NCBI GenBank assembly: GCA_032718475.1
Contig: JAUCBJ010006695.1
Coordinates: 134,288-198,287, forward strand
Length of the DNA: 64,000 bases
Direction of reading: 5' to 3'
Source of the DNA: Nemertoderma westbladi
Lineage: Eukaryota > Animalia > Xenacoelomorpha
Of this stretch, positions 24,047 to 35,433 are shown piece after piece (positions within the stretch are counted from its first letter, which is position 1; each line of letters opens with the position of its first letter). A model generated the notes under the pieces. It did no database searches. It was given only the letters and a program-made list of their open reading frames with translations, and was not told the origin of the DNA. The translations under genes were made by a program, and so were the position numbers.

Positions 24047-24718
24047 CTATTTGAAATAATTTTGATAAAGCCATAGGCTATTTTGGACACAATCAACCTA
24101 TATGGGAGACAAACATCCTATATGGGACTCTAACAACCTATTTGAGGCAAATTTAAGACTTATTAAGGACTATTTCGGATGAAGTTGAGTCTGGGGGAGG
24201 AGGGTGCGATAACACTAATTTGATTGTCATTTAATTATTATTATACGAATGTATTTAGATTTATTATAAATGAATAAATTGCACCACATGAATAAATTGC
24301 ACATGAAAAATTGCACAACATGTATAAATTGTACAACATGAAATGAAATAATGTGACTATGATGACACTATAGCCTATAATGCATCACAGTCTTACAGGC
24401 ATTTGCAAGGCACCTACAGTATATCTTTAACTTTAATTTTCCATTAACCTTTACATTATATAGCCAATAAGGGAGATGCCTAACTTTAGGAATGGTACAA
24501 AAGTAAGGGGGGTGGGGTCTTTCTTTTGTACCCGTTTTGTACCAGGGGTTGGTATTGGTCCGATGATGAGGAGTTGGCTCATATGATGATTTGATTGGAT
24601 GCCCCTATCTGGACAGGTTGGAAATCATTACACAACGTATTTGGGACAGGTAGGAATAATAGAAAGCCCTATAGAAGTGAAGGGAAACACCCTATTCTGG
24701 ACAATGATGTAGATACTA
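24047..24718. mobile_element. Foldback element, right part
   Basis: Reverse complement of ~3577-4360; ends ...tgatgtagatacta, possible TA TSD. Confidence 0.8.
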
Positions 24719-24947
24719 TTGATGCAGACTGTATAACAGAACGTGTATATTACATTAGGTACCGTACTTACAGCATGCATGTACATTACCTGTAAACTCT
24801 GAAACTCAATAATTGGAGATAATAGCGAGTCTTCAGTCATCATATTGAAATTTCATTTTGCTGTAATTTTGTCCTAATCATGGATTATCTTTATTTGTGT
24901 CATCTGTGTGTGTATGTATGACTTTTGAGATATATTTTTATTGCAGA

Positions 24948-25180
24948 TAGGGGGGAAACTGGACGCAATAAAAATTAATCCCTCTCCAGGGGAAATTCGA
25001 CGCAAATAACAGATGATTACTCTCAAAAATAAAACTGTAACATGTTCTATTGTGTTTAGTTTATTATTGTTTTGGTTAAACTAATTTGCCATTATTTGCC
25101 ACTAACCTGCACCTTTCCCTAAATTGAGAATTTAACATTGAGGCGGGATATTAATTCACCAAGGTGGGTTTTGCGTTGAG
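24948..25180 (+). repeat. Dispersed repeat with related copies at ~39790-39990 and ~49930-50005
   Basis: Shared gggg(a)act..acgcaataaaaattaatc...aggggaaat.gacgc..acag.tgattact motif. Confidence 0.55.
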
Positions 25181-25639
25181 TTCCCCCCTTTCTCTTTTAT
25201 TGATACTGGTGTAATTAAACTAAACTAAATGTGGAAGGTATGTAGGCAAATACGCTGGATCGGCGAATTTTCCACAATGTACGCGGAAGATACCGGAACA
25301 TTTTAAAATTGTTTATTCACTTTAATTCAGTAGTGCGTACCATGCGCTGCAACTGCACGCCACAAGAACAATGACAAGGTGAGATGTTAAGGCCTACAGT
25401 ACAATAACAGACAGCCTACCGGTACCAGGCAGAGAGGAGCCAGGAGCAACAGAGTAGCAAGCAACCCAGAATGCTTCAGTAGAAATGGAAACTGATCTTG
25501 CATCAGCAGTTGGCCTACACCAAGTGTATGTCGCAATTTCATGTACGCTGGATTACAATGCGAAATGAAAAACTAGAGGGAGCCCAAAGGCTCCTCTGCT
25601 CATTGGAGCAGGTTGCTTTTGTAGTGTTGCTCTTTTTGT

Positions 25640-26060
25640 AAATTCCAAGAAGACCAAAATCATGACAGTCAACCTAGACAGCCCTCAAGAAAGTAGTACC
25701 AGTACTCTTATATGGGAGTCCTTATATGGGCTCTAACTGCAGAGATACCAAATCTCTGGATGGCACTTTCATAAGAATGCTGCGCCGGGTTCATTATGTC
25801 AAGTACAATGAACACATCTCCAATCAGACTCTATACAACATTGGAGGTGTTCCATTAATCTCCCCTAGCTTAACACTTGAATGGAACCACCTCCGTGTTG
25901 CAGGTCATTGCTTTCACCATGAGGACCATAGTCAGTGCATAATCTTGTGCTTTGGCGCCCTCATGGAGCGAATAAGCATGGTGGACAGCCCATGGCTTTC
26001 TTGAGATGCATCTTAAAGGACACTGGCCTTGAAAATGCGGATGACCTAGCAAATGTCATG
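25640..26060 (+). mobile_element. Degraded non-LTR retrotransposon (RTE-like) 3' fragment
   Basis: LDGTFIRMLRRV...HISNQTLY...LRVAGHCF resembles the C-terminal part of LINE RT ORFs; related remnant at ~53825-53925. Confidence 0.6.
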
Positions 26061-26214
26061 ATAATATATATATAATGCAACTGCAATGCTGCATGCCGAT
26101 CGTAGTAGTAGTAGTAGTTGTACAAATATATATATGTGAACTTCAAGTTCTTGTAAGAATTCACTCTAAATATCCATTATACCGTATTATATTATTATAT
26201 GAATATTCGAATAT

Positions 26215-26415
26215 TATATGAGTACCAGTAATATATTTCTCATACTACTCATATGATTATATGAGTAGTATATTTCTCATACTACTCATATGATTATATG
26301 AGTAGTATATTTCTCATACTACTCTTGATTTTATGTATATTTCTCATACTACTCATATGATTATATGAGTAGTATATTTCTATTACTACTCATATGATTA
26401 TATGAGTAGTATATT
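26215..26415. repeat. 36-bp tandem repeat with internal palindrome (atactactcatatgattatatgagtagtat)
   Basis: About 5 units visible. Confidence 0.85.
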
Positions 26416-26963
26416 CACCTTCCACAGCTTTTTCTCTAATGCGAACATGAACACCCAATTGAGCTGCGAAAACTATTAAGAACCCTTTTTGTAACACAGT
26501 AGTAATGACTCGAAAAACACACAAATATTATCTGATGGTTAGTTACAACAAGGGTTAGTTACAACAAGCGTAAACACAATACTTAGTTCAATTTCAAATT
26601 TCAAATTTTAATTTTATTTTCCTTTTAACAATTTCCTAGATTGCATACAATCTGGTGATGGTGATGACGGAGTAGCAGACAATAGCGTAACTAGTGTTAC
26701 TTTAGTTCTTCTGACATTCTAGAGGAGATCATACAGGCGACGTGTAGCAGATCTTGATCTTCATATGCTGGATGAAGTCTCCATGAATGCTATTGGAGTT
26801 GCAATTAAGAATTAACTAACCCAAAGGGAATTATTAAAATTACATCTGTAATCATATAATCAATCAATGACAATATTCAAAATTCTTTCTTATGTAGAAA
26901 TTTGTATTCATTGATCAACTAATCCTGTGTAGTTATTTCGTATGGTGTAGTATATAGTGCACA

Positions 26964-28436
26964 ATGGATATTATCGCCATTTTAATATTCTTTATTGCCT
27001 CGATTTCAAGCTATATATGTTATTATCATTTTACTAAAAACACCTTAGGAAACCGCAGACCCCCATCACCAAGTGGTGTGCCAATCCTGGGCAATTTGAT
27101 CAGTGCATGGAGGTCCAAACATTCACTGGTTATGACTTATTGGAAGTGGAGTAAAGAATTATCCTCCAATGTTATTCGGGTGCGTGTCCCAGGCCAAAAT
27201 ATAATAGTACTGAATTCCCTGCCAGTGATTCGACAAGCATATATCGAGAAAAGCAATCTGCTCTCTGGGCGCACAAGTCTCATCACTGAAAGAGGAATTT
27301 TATTGTCCACAGGACCTATATGGTACCATCAAAGGAAGTTATTCATGTCAGTTATGCGACAATTCTATCTTGGGAAAATATCATTCGAGCAACGTGTTGC
27401 GGAAGAAGCGACCTACCTTTGCCATTGGATGGCGGACCAAGAAGGTTCTCCCTTTGACCCCTTTATGATGTTCAGCAAATCAGTTTCTAATATCATCAGT
27501 GGAATTGTATTTGGAAATCGTTTCGAATATGATGATCCTGAGTTTATATATCTCCTACAACTGGTACACCAATCAGTTCGTATTTTCGTATTGCTCTATG
27601 CTCTTCCAAAGTTCATTGTTGATGCCTTGGTTGGTGACAATGCCAATCCCCACAAACTGTTTGCAAACATGGCTCAAGTTTGTCAGAAACATATAGTTCA
27701 TCATTGGGAGACCATCGATTATTCCTCCACTCCCAGGGATTACATAGATGCGCATCTCATGGAAGAGAAGAAGTATTTAAATTCTCTAGATACCAAAACC
27801 GCTGACTACTACAATGATTTGAATCTTTCCGAATCAATTAGAGACCTCTTCCTTGCAGGCAGTGAGACCACAAGTAGCGCACTCTACTGGTTCATACTAA
27901 TTCTAGCCAGTCATCCTGATGTTCAGAGTAAATGTCAAGGTCTCCTAGATTCCGAGGTTGGCAGAGACCGACTTCCAAATCTCACCGACCTCTCCAAATT
28001 ACCATATTACGAAGCTTGTCTACTGGAGGTTCTTCGATATGGGGTTATCCTGCCCTCGGATATCAGTCGTAAAGTCCCACGTGATGTGACTATCGATTCT
28101 TTCACTATCCTGCCTAGTGATGTGGTCTTGATGAATATATGGGCCCTGCTGAGAGACCCTGCTGTCTGGGCCAGGCCTACAGAATTCTACCCAGAACATT
28201 TCCTGACAGCAGATGGGTCGGCGGTGATCAAACCCGATCACTTCCTTCCATTTGGAGTTGGGGCGAGGTCTTGTGCTGGTCAGCGATTGGCTATCATGGA
28301 GTTTCGGATATTTAGTAGCCATTTGATCCACTCGTTCACTTTTGTGGGAGAGGGAGAACTTCAATTGGGGGAAGTAGAACATGGTGGAACACGAATTCCT
28401 AAATCTTATAAAATTCGTGCTAATTTGAGGTTCTAA
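26964..28436 (+). CDS. Cytochrome P450, clan-2-like, intronless, 490 aa (copy 1)
   Basis: N-terminal hydrophobic anchor, PPSPSGVPILGNL, WYHQR, AGSETT, EVLR, PEHF, heme motif FGVGARSCAG. Confidence 0.96.
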   Translation: MDIIAILIFFIASISSYICYYHFTKNTLGNRRPPSPSGVPILGNLISAWRSKHSLVMTYWKWSKELSSNVIRVRVPGQNIIVLNSLPVIRQAYIEKSNLLSGRTSLITERGILLSTGPIWYHQRKLFMSVMRQFYLGKISFEQRVAEEATYLCHWMADQEGSPFDPFMMFSKSVSNIISGIVFGNRFEYDDPEFIYLLQLVHQSVRIFVLLYALPKFIVDALVGDNANPHKLFANMAQVCQKHIVHHWETIDYSSTPRDYIDAHLMEEKKYLNSLDTKTADYYNDLNLSESIRDLFLAGSETTSSALYWFILILASHPDVQSKCQGLLDSEVGRDRLPNLTDLSKLPYYEACLLEVLRYGVILPSDISRKVPRDVTIDSFTILPSDVVLMNIWALLRDPAVWARPTEFYPEHFLTADGSAVIKPDHFLPFGVGARSCAGQRLAIMEFRIFSSHLIHSFTFVGEGELQLGEVEHGGTRIPKSYKIRANLRF

Positions 28437-28793
28437 TATTTTATTTTAATAATTATATCACACTTTACGCTATTCAATTATAAGGCGATCCCATTTCATA
28501 AACATTAAGTATAATAAGTAATAACAAAGCGAGTTCCATAAAGTAAATTGAATTTATTAATATTTTTGGTCCATTTTTGACTGTCATTTTCTTATAATAA
28601 TTACAATTGGCAGTGGTATACCGTGAATTGTACTGCATAACTACATGTTGAGTCGTTCCCAGTCAACAATACTCAACTTTTTTTAATCCCAAGGACACTG
28701 CCCCGCCCCCATACCGCTAGGTTGTTCTCACTCAACGGTGTACTGCTGCCCATTTGGTACACTGCGGTTTGCAGTTTCGTTGTCTACGAATAT

Positions 28794-29985
28794 TGTAAAA
28801 GCTTTTGTGGGATAACTGATTCGTTTGCTTTGCTAACCAGTTCCCCCCAGTCGCTGAATACTCTAAAAAGGGATCTATAGCTAAAATAGTGCAAGCTACC
28901 AGCTTATTGGCTGAGGGGCTGTACGAAGGTATCTGGGTTCTGCTCGATCGGCCAACCAGCTTAGGGAGGTTGCCTCAGCCATGCTGTCCGTATCGGCCAA
29001 TAGAATTTGAGTGGGCGTTGATTTTGACCTATCCCAGAGCTACTGAACTGAATTTCCTATCTGTATGCTCATCCTCTGTGTTGGACGGGAGCTTCGGGGA
29101 ATAAGGGTAGTTGGTATCCTCGTATAGTCATGTAGTCACATGTTTCTGTTGTTGTGTTCCCATTTTTCGCCATAACACCGGCTTTTGGAACAACTCTAGC
29201 AAAAACTGCTTAGATTATAGAAAGTATAACTGTTACCGGCGGTACTTACCAACTAATCGGCACACGGCACGGACTTTAATTACTAATCATATTGTTTGTA
29301 CTGCTATTTACCATCAGTTATTAATTGTATCGATTTGTTGATGAAATATTGTCATTTGGAGAATATTGATAAATCACCCAAATTTCCCAATTTTCTTGAT
29401 ACACTACAGGTTAGAGAGACAGGCTATATATAACAATTGCGATTTATATCAATGTGGTGTGTATTGAATCTAATGTTATTTAGTAGACACTACCTGAGTC
29501 AATTGCTGTTCTCTTTATGTGTGATCAAATATACTGACGGTCGGCAGAATAGTGTGCATGATTGTGAGTGTGACTGGTAACAAAGCATTTCCTAAAGAAT
29601 GCGCCTTATACTTTAATCATAAGCCCTATCGTTGCGTTTAGTATAAGTCCTAGCTCTGTTTAAATAGATAGAGCGCCACGTCCTAAAGGAACTGTTAATA
29701 TTTCCCGAAAGTTAATAATATCTGTCAGAAATTACATATTAGCGATCAATCGAATAATACAGTAGGTTTACACTGCAACCTTACACTGCAATAATAAAAT
29801 CTAAGCATCCGAATTCAGCCTCCCGGGTGTATCCATCGGGTGAATGATCGCGCATGGGCTGGCTTCGGCTAATGTTTTGTTTATTAGCATAAAAATATTG
29901 TCGTATGCTAAAGGTGTGTTAATTAACTAAAAGACATATAAATTTTGGCAGGTTAAACTGCTAAAGGTCTTCAAAAGCGCGAACA
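28794..29985 (+). repeat. 5' LTR of element B
   Basis: TGTAAAAGC...CGCGAACA; direct repeat at offset 9791 with ~2 substitutions noticed. Confidence 0.97.
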
Positions 29986-29997
29986 GTAACAGTTATA
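29986..29997 (+). promoter_or_regulatory. Primer-binding-site position of element B (GTAACAGTTATA), complementary to LTR site 29225-29236
   Basis: Abuts the LTR end; exact 12-nt complement TATAACTGTTAC inside the LTR; no TGG. Confidence 0.8.
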
Positions 29998-32238
29998 AAT
30001 CTTATTGCAGTAAGCAATAAGGTTGCAAAATACCGTAGTGACCGGTAAATCTGAACCGGTACTTCTGTAGGTCAGTAGGCCCAACTGCCAGAACCGGTAC
30101 TGCTGTAGGTCCGTAGGTCCAACTGCCAGAACCGGTACTTCTGTAGGTCTGTAGGCCCAACTGTCCTAACCGGTACTGCTGTATCAGTACATTAGTATTA
30201 TTCGAATTTGATTAGTGTATACCGGTAGGTCTTAGTACTTAATCAGGGACTGCAGCCCTGAATTTTTATTGAGATTCTACTTATTTCTGTCGGTTTTATT
30301 TACTAGTAGGCTAATATTGAGCAGAAGGCGTGTGACCCTGCTCAGATTGTTCAGATAATTGTAGGCTGAGCTGCTGTCTGACTGTTGTTGGGTTTGGAGA
30401 GATTACGGCGTGTGTAGAGTTTGTCTGATAAAGTGCCGTTAGTAAGTTGGGGCAGCCATATGCTGTAAGGTCAATCCCCTCTTAAAGAATAAGTCGTACT
30501 ACCGTGTTAGAACGCATACTAACTAACTATTTCAGAATCTGCATATACTGTAGTTTATTTAGGCTTGATCGTAGTCTGCCAGCGTTTTAGCCTGTGTTTG
30601 TTTGTGTGGTCTGTTCAGGTACCGTAATAGTTATTACTCAGATATTTTGTAGGCTGGATTGTTGTCTAGCTATTATTAGGTCTGAAGAGATTGCTGTGTG
30701 TGTGGAGTTTGTCTGATAAAGTGCTGTTAGTAAGTTGGGGCAGCCATATGCTGTAAGGTCAATCCCCTCTTAAAGAATAAGTCGTACTACCGTGTTAGAA
30801 CGCATACTAACTAACCATTTCAGAATCTACACGTACGGTAGTTTATTTAGGCTTGGTGGTAGTCTGCCAGCGTTTAGTTTGTATTTGTTTGAGTATTCTG
30901 TATGGGTAGCGTAATATTTATTATTCAGAGTTTATGCGATTATTCGCAACATTCATGTCCCCAAGTTTATTCCTACAGTAATTGTGCTTGTTATACATAC
31001 CGTTATAGTTAAATTAACCCCGGTACTACACGGGCTGCTTGGCGTAGGACAAGACTGGTGACTTTGTGCTCTGGTCACTCCAGCAGATGCCGTGGTTCTT
31101 TTAACTGTTCAAGTATATTTAACTACTGATTATTTGTTGTACCGGTACTTGTACCTAATTTAGGGTTTAGTGTACAGTGCTTTCCGAAGTAATTAGTGTG
31201 TAGGCAGTATATTTGTGTTGTAAAGTGGTTGATAGGCACATTCGTTAGCTCTATTAACTTCTGGGTAGGAACACTCCGTGATACATAACGTAGTACCTAT
31301 AGCGATACGGTTATAGGTCGTCAGGCGGTGGTATTTTCCTATCTGGACAGTGCAATATATTTACTGCTACTTATTATTTCAAATACCGTAGTACCCTGTC
31401 CGTTGTAATAACCAGAAATCTAACCCTTTGTTAGGCTGGTTTGTAGACTTCCTGTAAAATTACCCTAAAAATTTCGTACGTAATATTTTTGTTGTGTTTT
31501 AATTAGAGAATTAATCTCACCCGTATCGTAAGTAATTTGTAGTATTAAGTAACTTAGGTAAATTAGAATTATCTGTTTTAGTGTCAAATAAGTAGCACTT
31601 CACTGAGAGCGCACAGCTTTTGTGTAGTGATTACTTCCCAGAAATAATAACATTTATTTCAAATATTGACAAAACCCATTTTAAACGGGTATATAAATAT
31701 TATAAATCAACTCAAACGATTTATAAATAGTAGGCCTGCCATACAACAACTAGGTCTCCATATCAGTTGGACTACTGCTTAAATAACGGTAATAAAGTAA
31801 GTAAAGTAACCAAGTAACCCTAACATTCAGAAATTCAATTATTTTAAAATAATTGACATACCGGTATTTACAATAGGCTTATTATATTTATTCGATAAAT
31901 TTAGGCTGAAATCATACCGGTACTCTGTAATTAATTCTAGTCCAGAATTATACTTATATACTATAAGTGTAAGCTGCATACCGGTATTCACGATAGGCCT
32001 ATTATATATTTATATATATTTGTGCTAAAATTATATACCGGTACTCTGTGACAAATCTAGTCTGTAATAATACTTATATATATACTATAAGCATACCGGT
32101 ATTCTAATATATTGTATATATATCACGTTACACCGAGTAACGGTATCGGTAATTAATCGCTAGGCTTGCAGTGATACTGAATTACTAGACTTGCTTTAAC
32201 TGTAATATAGCAGTAGGCATTCAACTGTACAAACAAAA

Positions 32239-35200
32239 ATGTCTGACACAAAACGGGCACTGTCAGATAGTCTTTTGGAAGGTGTTAGAATGAGTCTTAG
32301 ACTTGGACAGGGTCTTGAAAGGAAGATGGCAGAGGCAATGGCAACAGCAGAAGCGAAAAGAAAGGCGGCAGAGGCAATGGCAACAGCAGAAGCGGAAAGA
32401 AAGGCGGCAGAGACAATGGCAACAGCAGAAGCGGAAAGAAAGGCGGCAGAGGCAATGGCAACAGTAGAAGCGGAAAGAAAGATAGAGACACCTGTACTCC
32501 CAGAACCTGCCTATAAATTCCCTTTGTACAGTACTAAACTACCTGTGCCCAGTAGGACTGTTCCCGAGTCCGAACCCGTCCTGGACGCCGAGCGAGATAT
32601 CAAGAATTTATCGCCCGTCGTCTCTCGCTCGCCCGCTACTACGTTGGCGACTCCCGCTTCGGCGGTTGAGTGGGTAGCTGAGGGACGACGGGAGATGGGT
32701 CTCCTTCTCGAGCAGCTGAGGGAACACTGTTTGTGCTCCTCTCAGCAGGTCCGGGAAATGGAAGAGACTGTCCAGCAGCTCAAGGGAACAGTAAGGGAAA
32801 GTAGGTTAGAGTTGCAAAAGGTGCAGCAAAGTATCGCGTTAGAACGCGATAAATTAGTCAATTTACAAAAGGGTATACCACCACCCCCTGTAACAATGTG
32901 TCAACCCGTTAGGTCTGAAGTATCTCATGCGCAAGGTGTGGAGCCTACACGCATCTATACTGCTAGTGAAGTAGAAACTCCTATAGTAAACCCTATTCAG
33001 GGTGATTATAAACCTGTTGATAATAATATTCCATATAGACCTGATCATAATCCGAGAAATTTATATACCGATAATTCTATATTCAATAATACGATGGCTC
33101 AAGAAAGTTTTACGCGTCAAATGGCTAGAACCGAAGCCCGTCAAGCGGTAAGGGTTGGAGAGATCGTCAAGTTCAATGGAGATGAGATGAAATGGTTACC
33201 TTTTAATGAATATTACAAAGATAACATACAGAATTCTGTGCTATCTAACGGAGAGAAACTCAGATACCTCATTGAATGCTTGGAAGGACCTCCCAAGTTA
33301 ATGGCATTAAAGTTTATTGGACATCCAGATGGATTAAGACAAGTTTGGGATACATTAAACATCAGGTATGGTAACAAGGATAACATAGCTAAGTATTTGT
33401 ATGCAAAATTAGTAGCCCCCCGACACTTCCTTAGTAGCGGGATTATAGAGTTTTCCGATGAGATTCAAGAGATCTGTAGACAACTGGACTGGTTAGGTAA
33501 GTCGCATGAATATCAGAGTTCCATGGTCATTGGAGCCGTAGTCTCTACTTTACCAAAGGGTGGAGTATGTACGCGCTGGGACAAGAAAGTGTTGTACATG
33601 AATGAACAACAACGACGAAGTCCTACCATGGCTGATCTCATGTCCTTCTTAGATAGTGAAGTAAAATTACAACTCATAAGGCAGTCCAGAGAGAAAACAT
33701 CGGAAAATAAGGTAAGTGAGAAACCCGTTTCTAGGAGAAAGATAATACCAGTGTGTTATACTGACGACGGCGAAAGCCAAGCTTCTCAAGAAGAGGACAG
33801 CGGGAAAGACACAGCAAAATCTTACTATGACAACAAGACCTATAAAGACGTAAGTAAATACAAGTCTCGAACCAGTGACAGGAGAGAACAGGTAACAACA
33901 ACTCCTCCTACGTCTCCTAAGAGAATTCACGGAAGAAAGCCCGAAGAAAGAACGAGAGTGCAGAACGTTAACCAAGTTAAGGTGAGTAACATCAAACCAA
34001 AATGTGCGCTGTGCGACGGGCCCCACCGTTTGAGTGCGTGTGCTGAATTTCTAAAGAAATCCCTTGTAGACAGACGTACAGTCCTGTGGAATAAGCGGTT
34101 ATGCTATAATTGCCTCAGATCAGGACACCAACGGCGAACCTGTTACTCCGACATAAAGTGTGCAAAGTGTGGCGCGAAACATCACATCTTGTTACACAGT
34201 GAGTTCGAACGAGACAAACTGAGTCAGGTAAGTGAGCCCGAACTACATGTCCAATTCAGTGATGTAAACGACACTGATCAAGAATCTGAGATGGAAGGAT
34301 TCTATACTGATGAATTCTCCGACGCCAACGAATCCTGTTATCTAATCAATACCGCAGTGTATCGAGCACTTACTCATGAAAAGGACACCAACAATGAGTT
34401 TCCCCCAACTACTTTTGCCAAACAACCATCTTGGAAAGCTCCAACTTCCAACGTAGGAATCAGAGAATTTCCTGTAGTGCAGGTAAGAGTTCACGGTCTT
34501 AACAAAAGTTACATAGTGAACGCCCTCCTTGACTCCGGCAGCACAGGAACATTCATCGATCAAGAACTAGCCGAAGATATCTTTGCTGGACAACCCAAGT
34601 TCCGGACTAAATTGAATATGTCAGGAATTATGCAGGTTTGGAAATCTACCCTAACGGCAGACTACTATGTAGGTGTGTTGTCCACCCCCCAGGATAAATT
34701 AGGAGCACAAGGTATAAGGTCGGTAAAAATGGTGGCTATAAAGAACTTCGCTACTACCCAAGCAGACCTTTATAATTGGGACGAGGATGAGAGCATCCAA
34801 CATCTTAAGATACCTCGATCCCAGACAGATTATCCTGGAGTGCAAATACTCATCGGCCAAAACGCGCATGAGGCGCTCGAGACATTGGAGAAACGGCCTG
34901 CTCAACCGCAGCCACTACAAACCTATGCGGTAAGAACTAGAGTAGGTTGGTACTTCACTGGCCCTTCCCGTAGAACTCTCAAAGAGAGATTACCTCAACA
35001 ACAGGTATACCAAGTAAAGGGGGAAGTGGAGAGCAGTGATGTGGACGATCCAACTGAGGGAACACCATACTCCTCAGATAATGACGATATTAACTCCAAT
35101 GTAGATCAATGGAGACATTGCCTTGGGACGATTAATCCAGCCGACATCGATTCCAGAGGAGCAACTCCTCAAGAACTGATAGATACTCCAGGCTGGTTAG

Positions 35201-35433
35201 GTGGATCCGACTCCTTAAGTAAAGAAGAAGAAGAATGGCCTCCTCATCTTACCACGGCAGAAATTAGACAGGCCAAGGGAGCGGAGAAAGTAACACAACA
35301 ACTCAATCGCCCAGCTAGTCGTTTATGTTTACTGGAAAGAGACCGAAAACTGTCCGGAAACTATGGAAGGCAAGATACTCTTCCTACGGCCGCTTCCCTG
35401 GTCCGACGAATGTCTGGGGACTCCATAACGTAA
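32239..35433 (+). CDS. Element B Gag-protease ORF (1064 aa) fused in frame to short RNase H-region and integrase-tail remnants
   Basis: Same Gag knuckles and LLDSGS as A; after DNDDI it jumps to DQWRHC...NPAD, then to TQQLNRP...; no YxDD and no DDE core. Confidence 0.93.
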   Translation: MSDTKRALSDSLLEGVRMSLRLGQGLERKMAEAMATAEAKRKAAEAMATAEAERKAAETMATAEAERKAAEAMATVEAERKIETPVLPEPAYKFPLYSTKLPVPSRTVPESEPVLDAERDIKNLSPVVSRSPATTLATPASAVEWVAEGRREMGLLLEQLREHCLCSSQQVREMEETVQQLKGTVRESRLELQKVQQSIALERDKLVNLQKGIPPPPVTMCQPVRSEVSHAQGVEPTRIYTASEVETPIVNPIQGDYKPVDNNIPYRPDHNPRNLYTDNSIFNNTMAQESFTRQMARTEARQAVRVGEIVKFNGDEMKWLPFNEYYKDNIQNSVLSNGEKLRYLIECLEGPPKLMALKFIGHPDGLRQVWDTLNIRYGNKDNIAKYLYAKLVAPRHFLSSGIIEFSDEIQEICRQLDWLGKSHEYQSSMVIGAVVSTLPKGGVCTRWDKKVLYMNEQQRRSPTMADLMSFLDSEVKLQLIRQSREKTSENKVSEKPVSRRKIIPVCYTDDGESQASQEEDSGKDTAKSYYDNKTYKDVSKYKSRTSDRREQVTTTPPTSPKRIHGRKPEERTRVQNVNQVKVSNIKPKCALCDGPHRLSACAEFLKKSLVDRRTVLWNKRLCYNCLRSGHQRRTCYSDIKCAKCGAKHHILLHSEFERDKLSQVSEPELHVQFSDVNDTDQESEMEGFYTDEFSDANESCYLINTAVYRALTHEKDTNNEFPPTTFAKQPSWKAPTSNVGIREFPVVQVRVHGLNKSYIVNALLDSGSTGTFIDQELAEDIFAGQPKFRTKLNMSGIMQVWKSTLTADYYVGVLSTPQDKLGAQGIRSVKMVAIKNFATTQADLYNWDEDESIQHLKIPRSQTDYPGVQILIGQNAHEALETLEKRPAQPQPLQTYAVRTRVGWYFTGPSRRTLKERLPQQQVYQVKGEVESSDVDDPTEGTPYSSDNDDINSNVDQWRHCLGTINPADIDSRGATPQELIDTPGWLGGSDSLSKEEEEWPPHLTTAEIRQAKGAEKVTQQLNRPASRLCLLERDRKLSGNYGRQDTLPTAASLVRRMSGDSIT

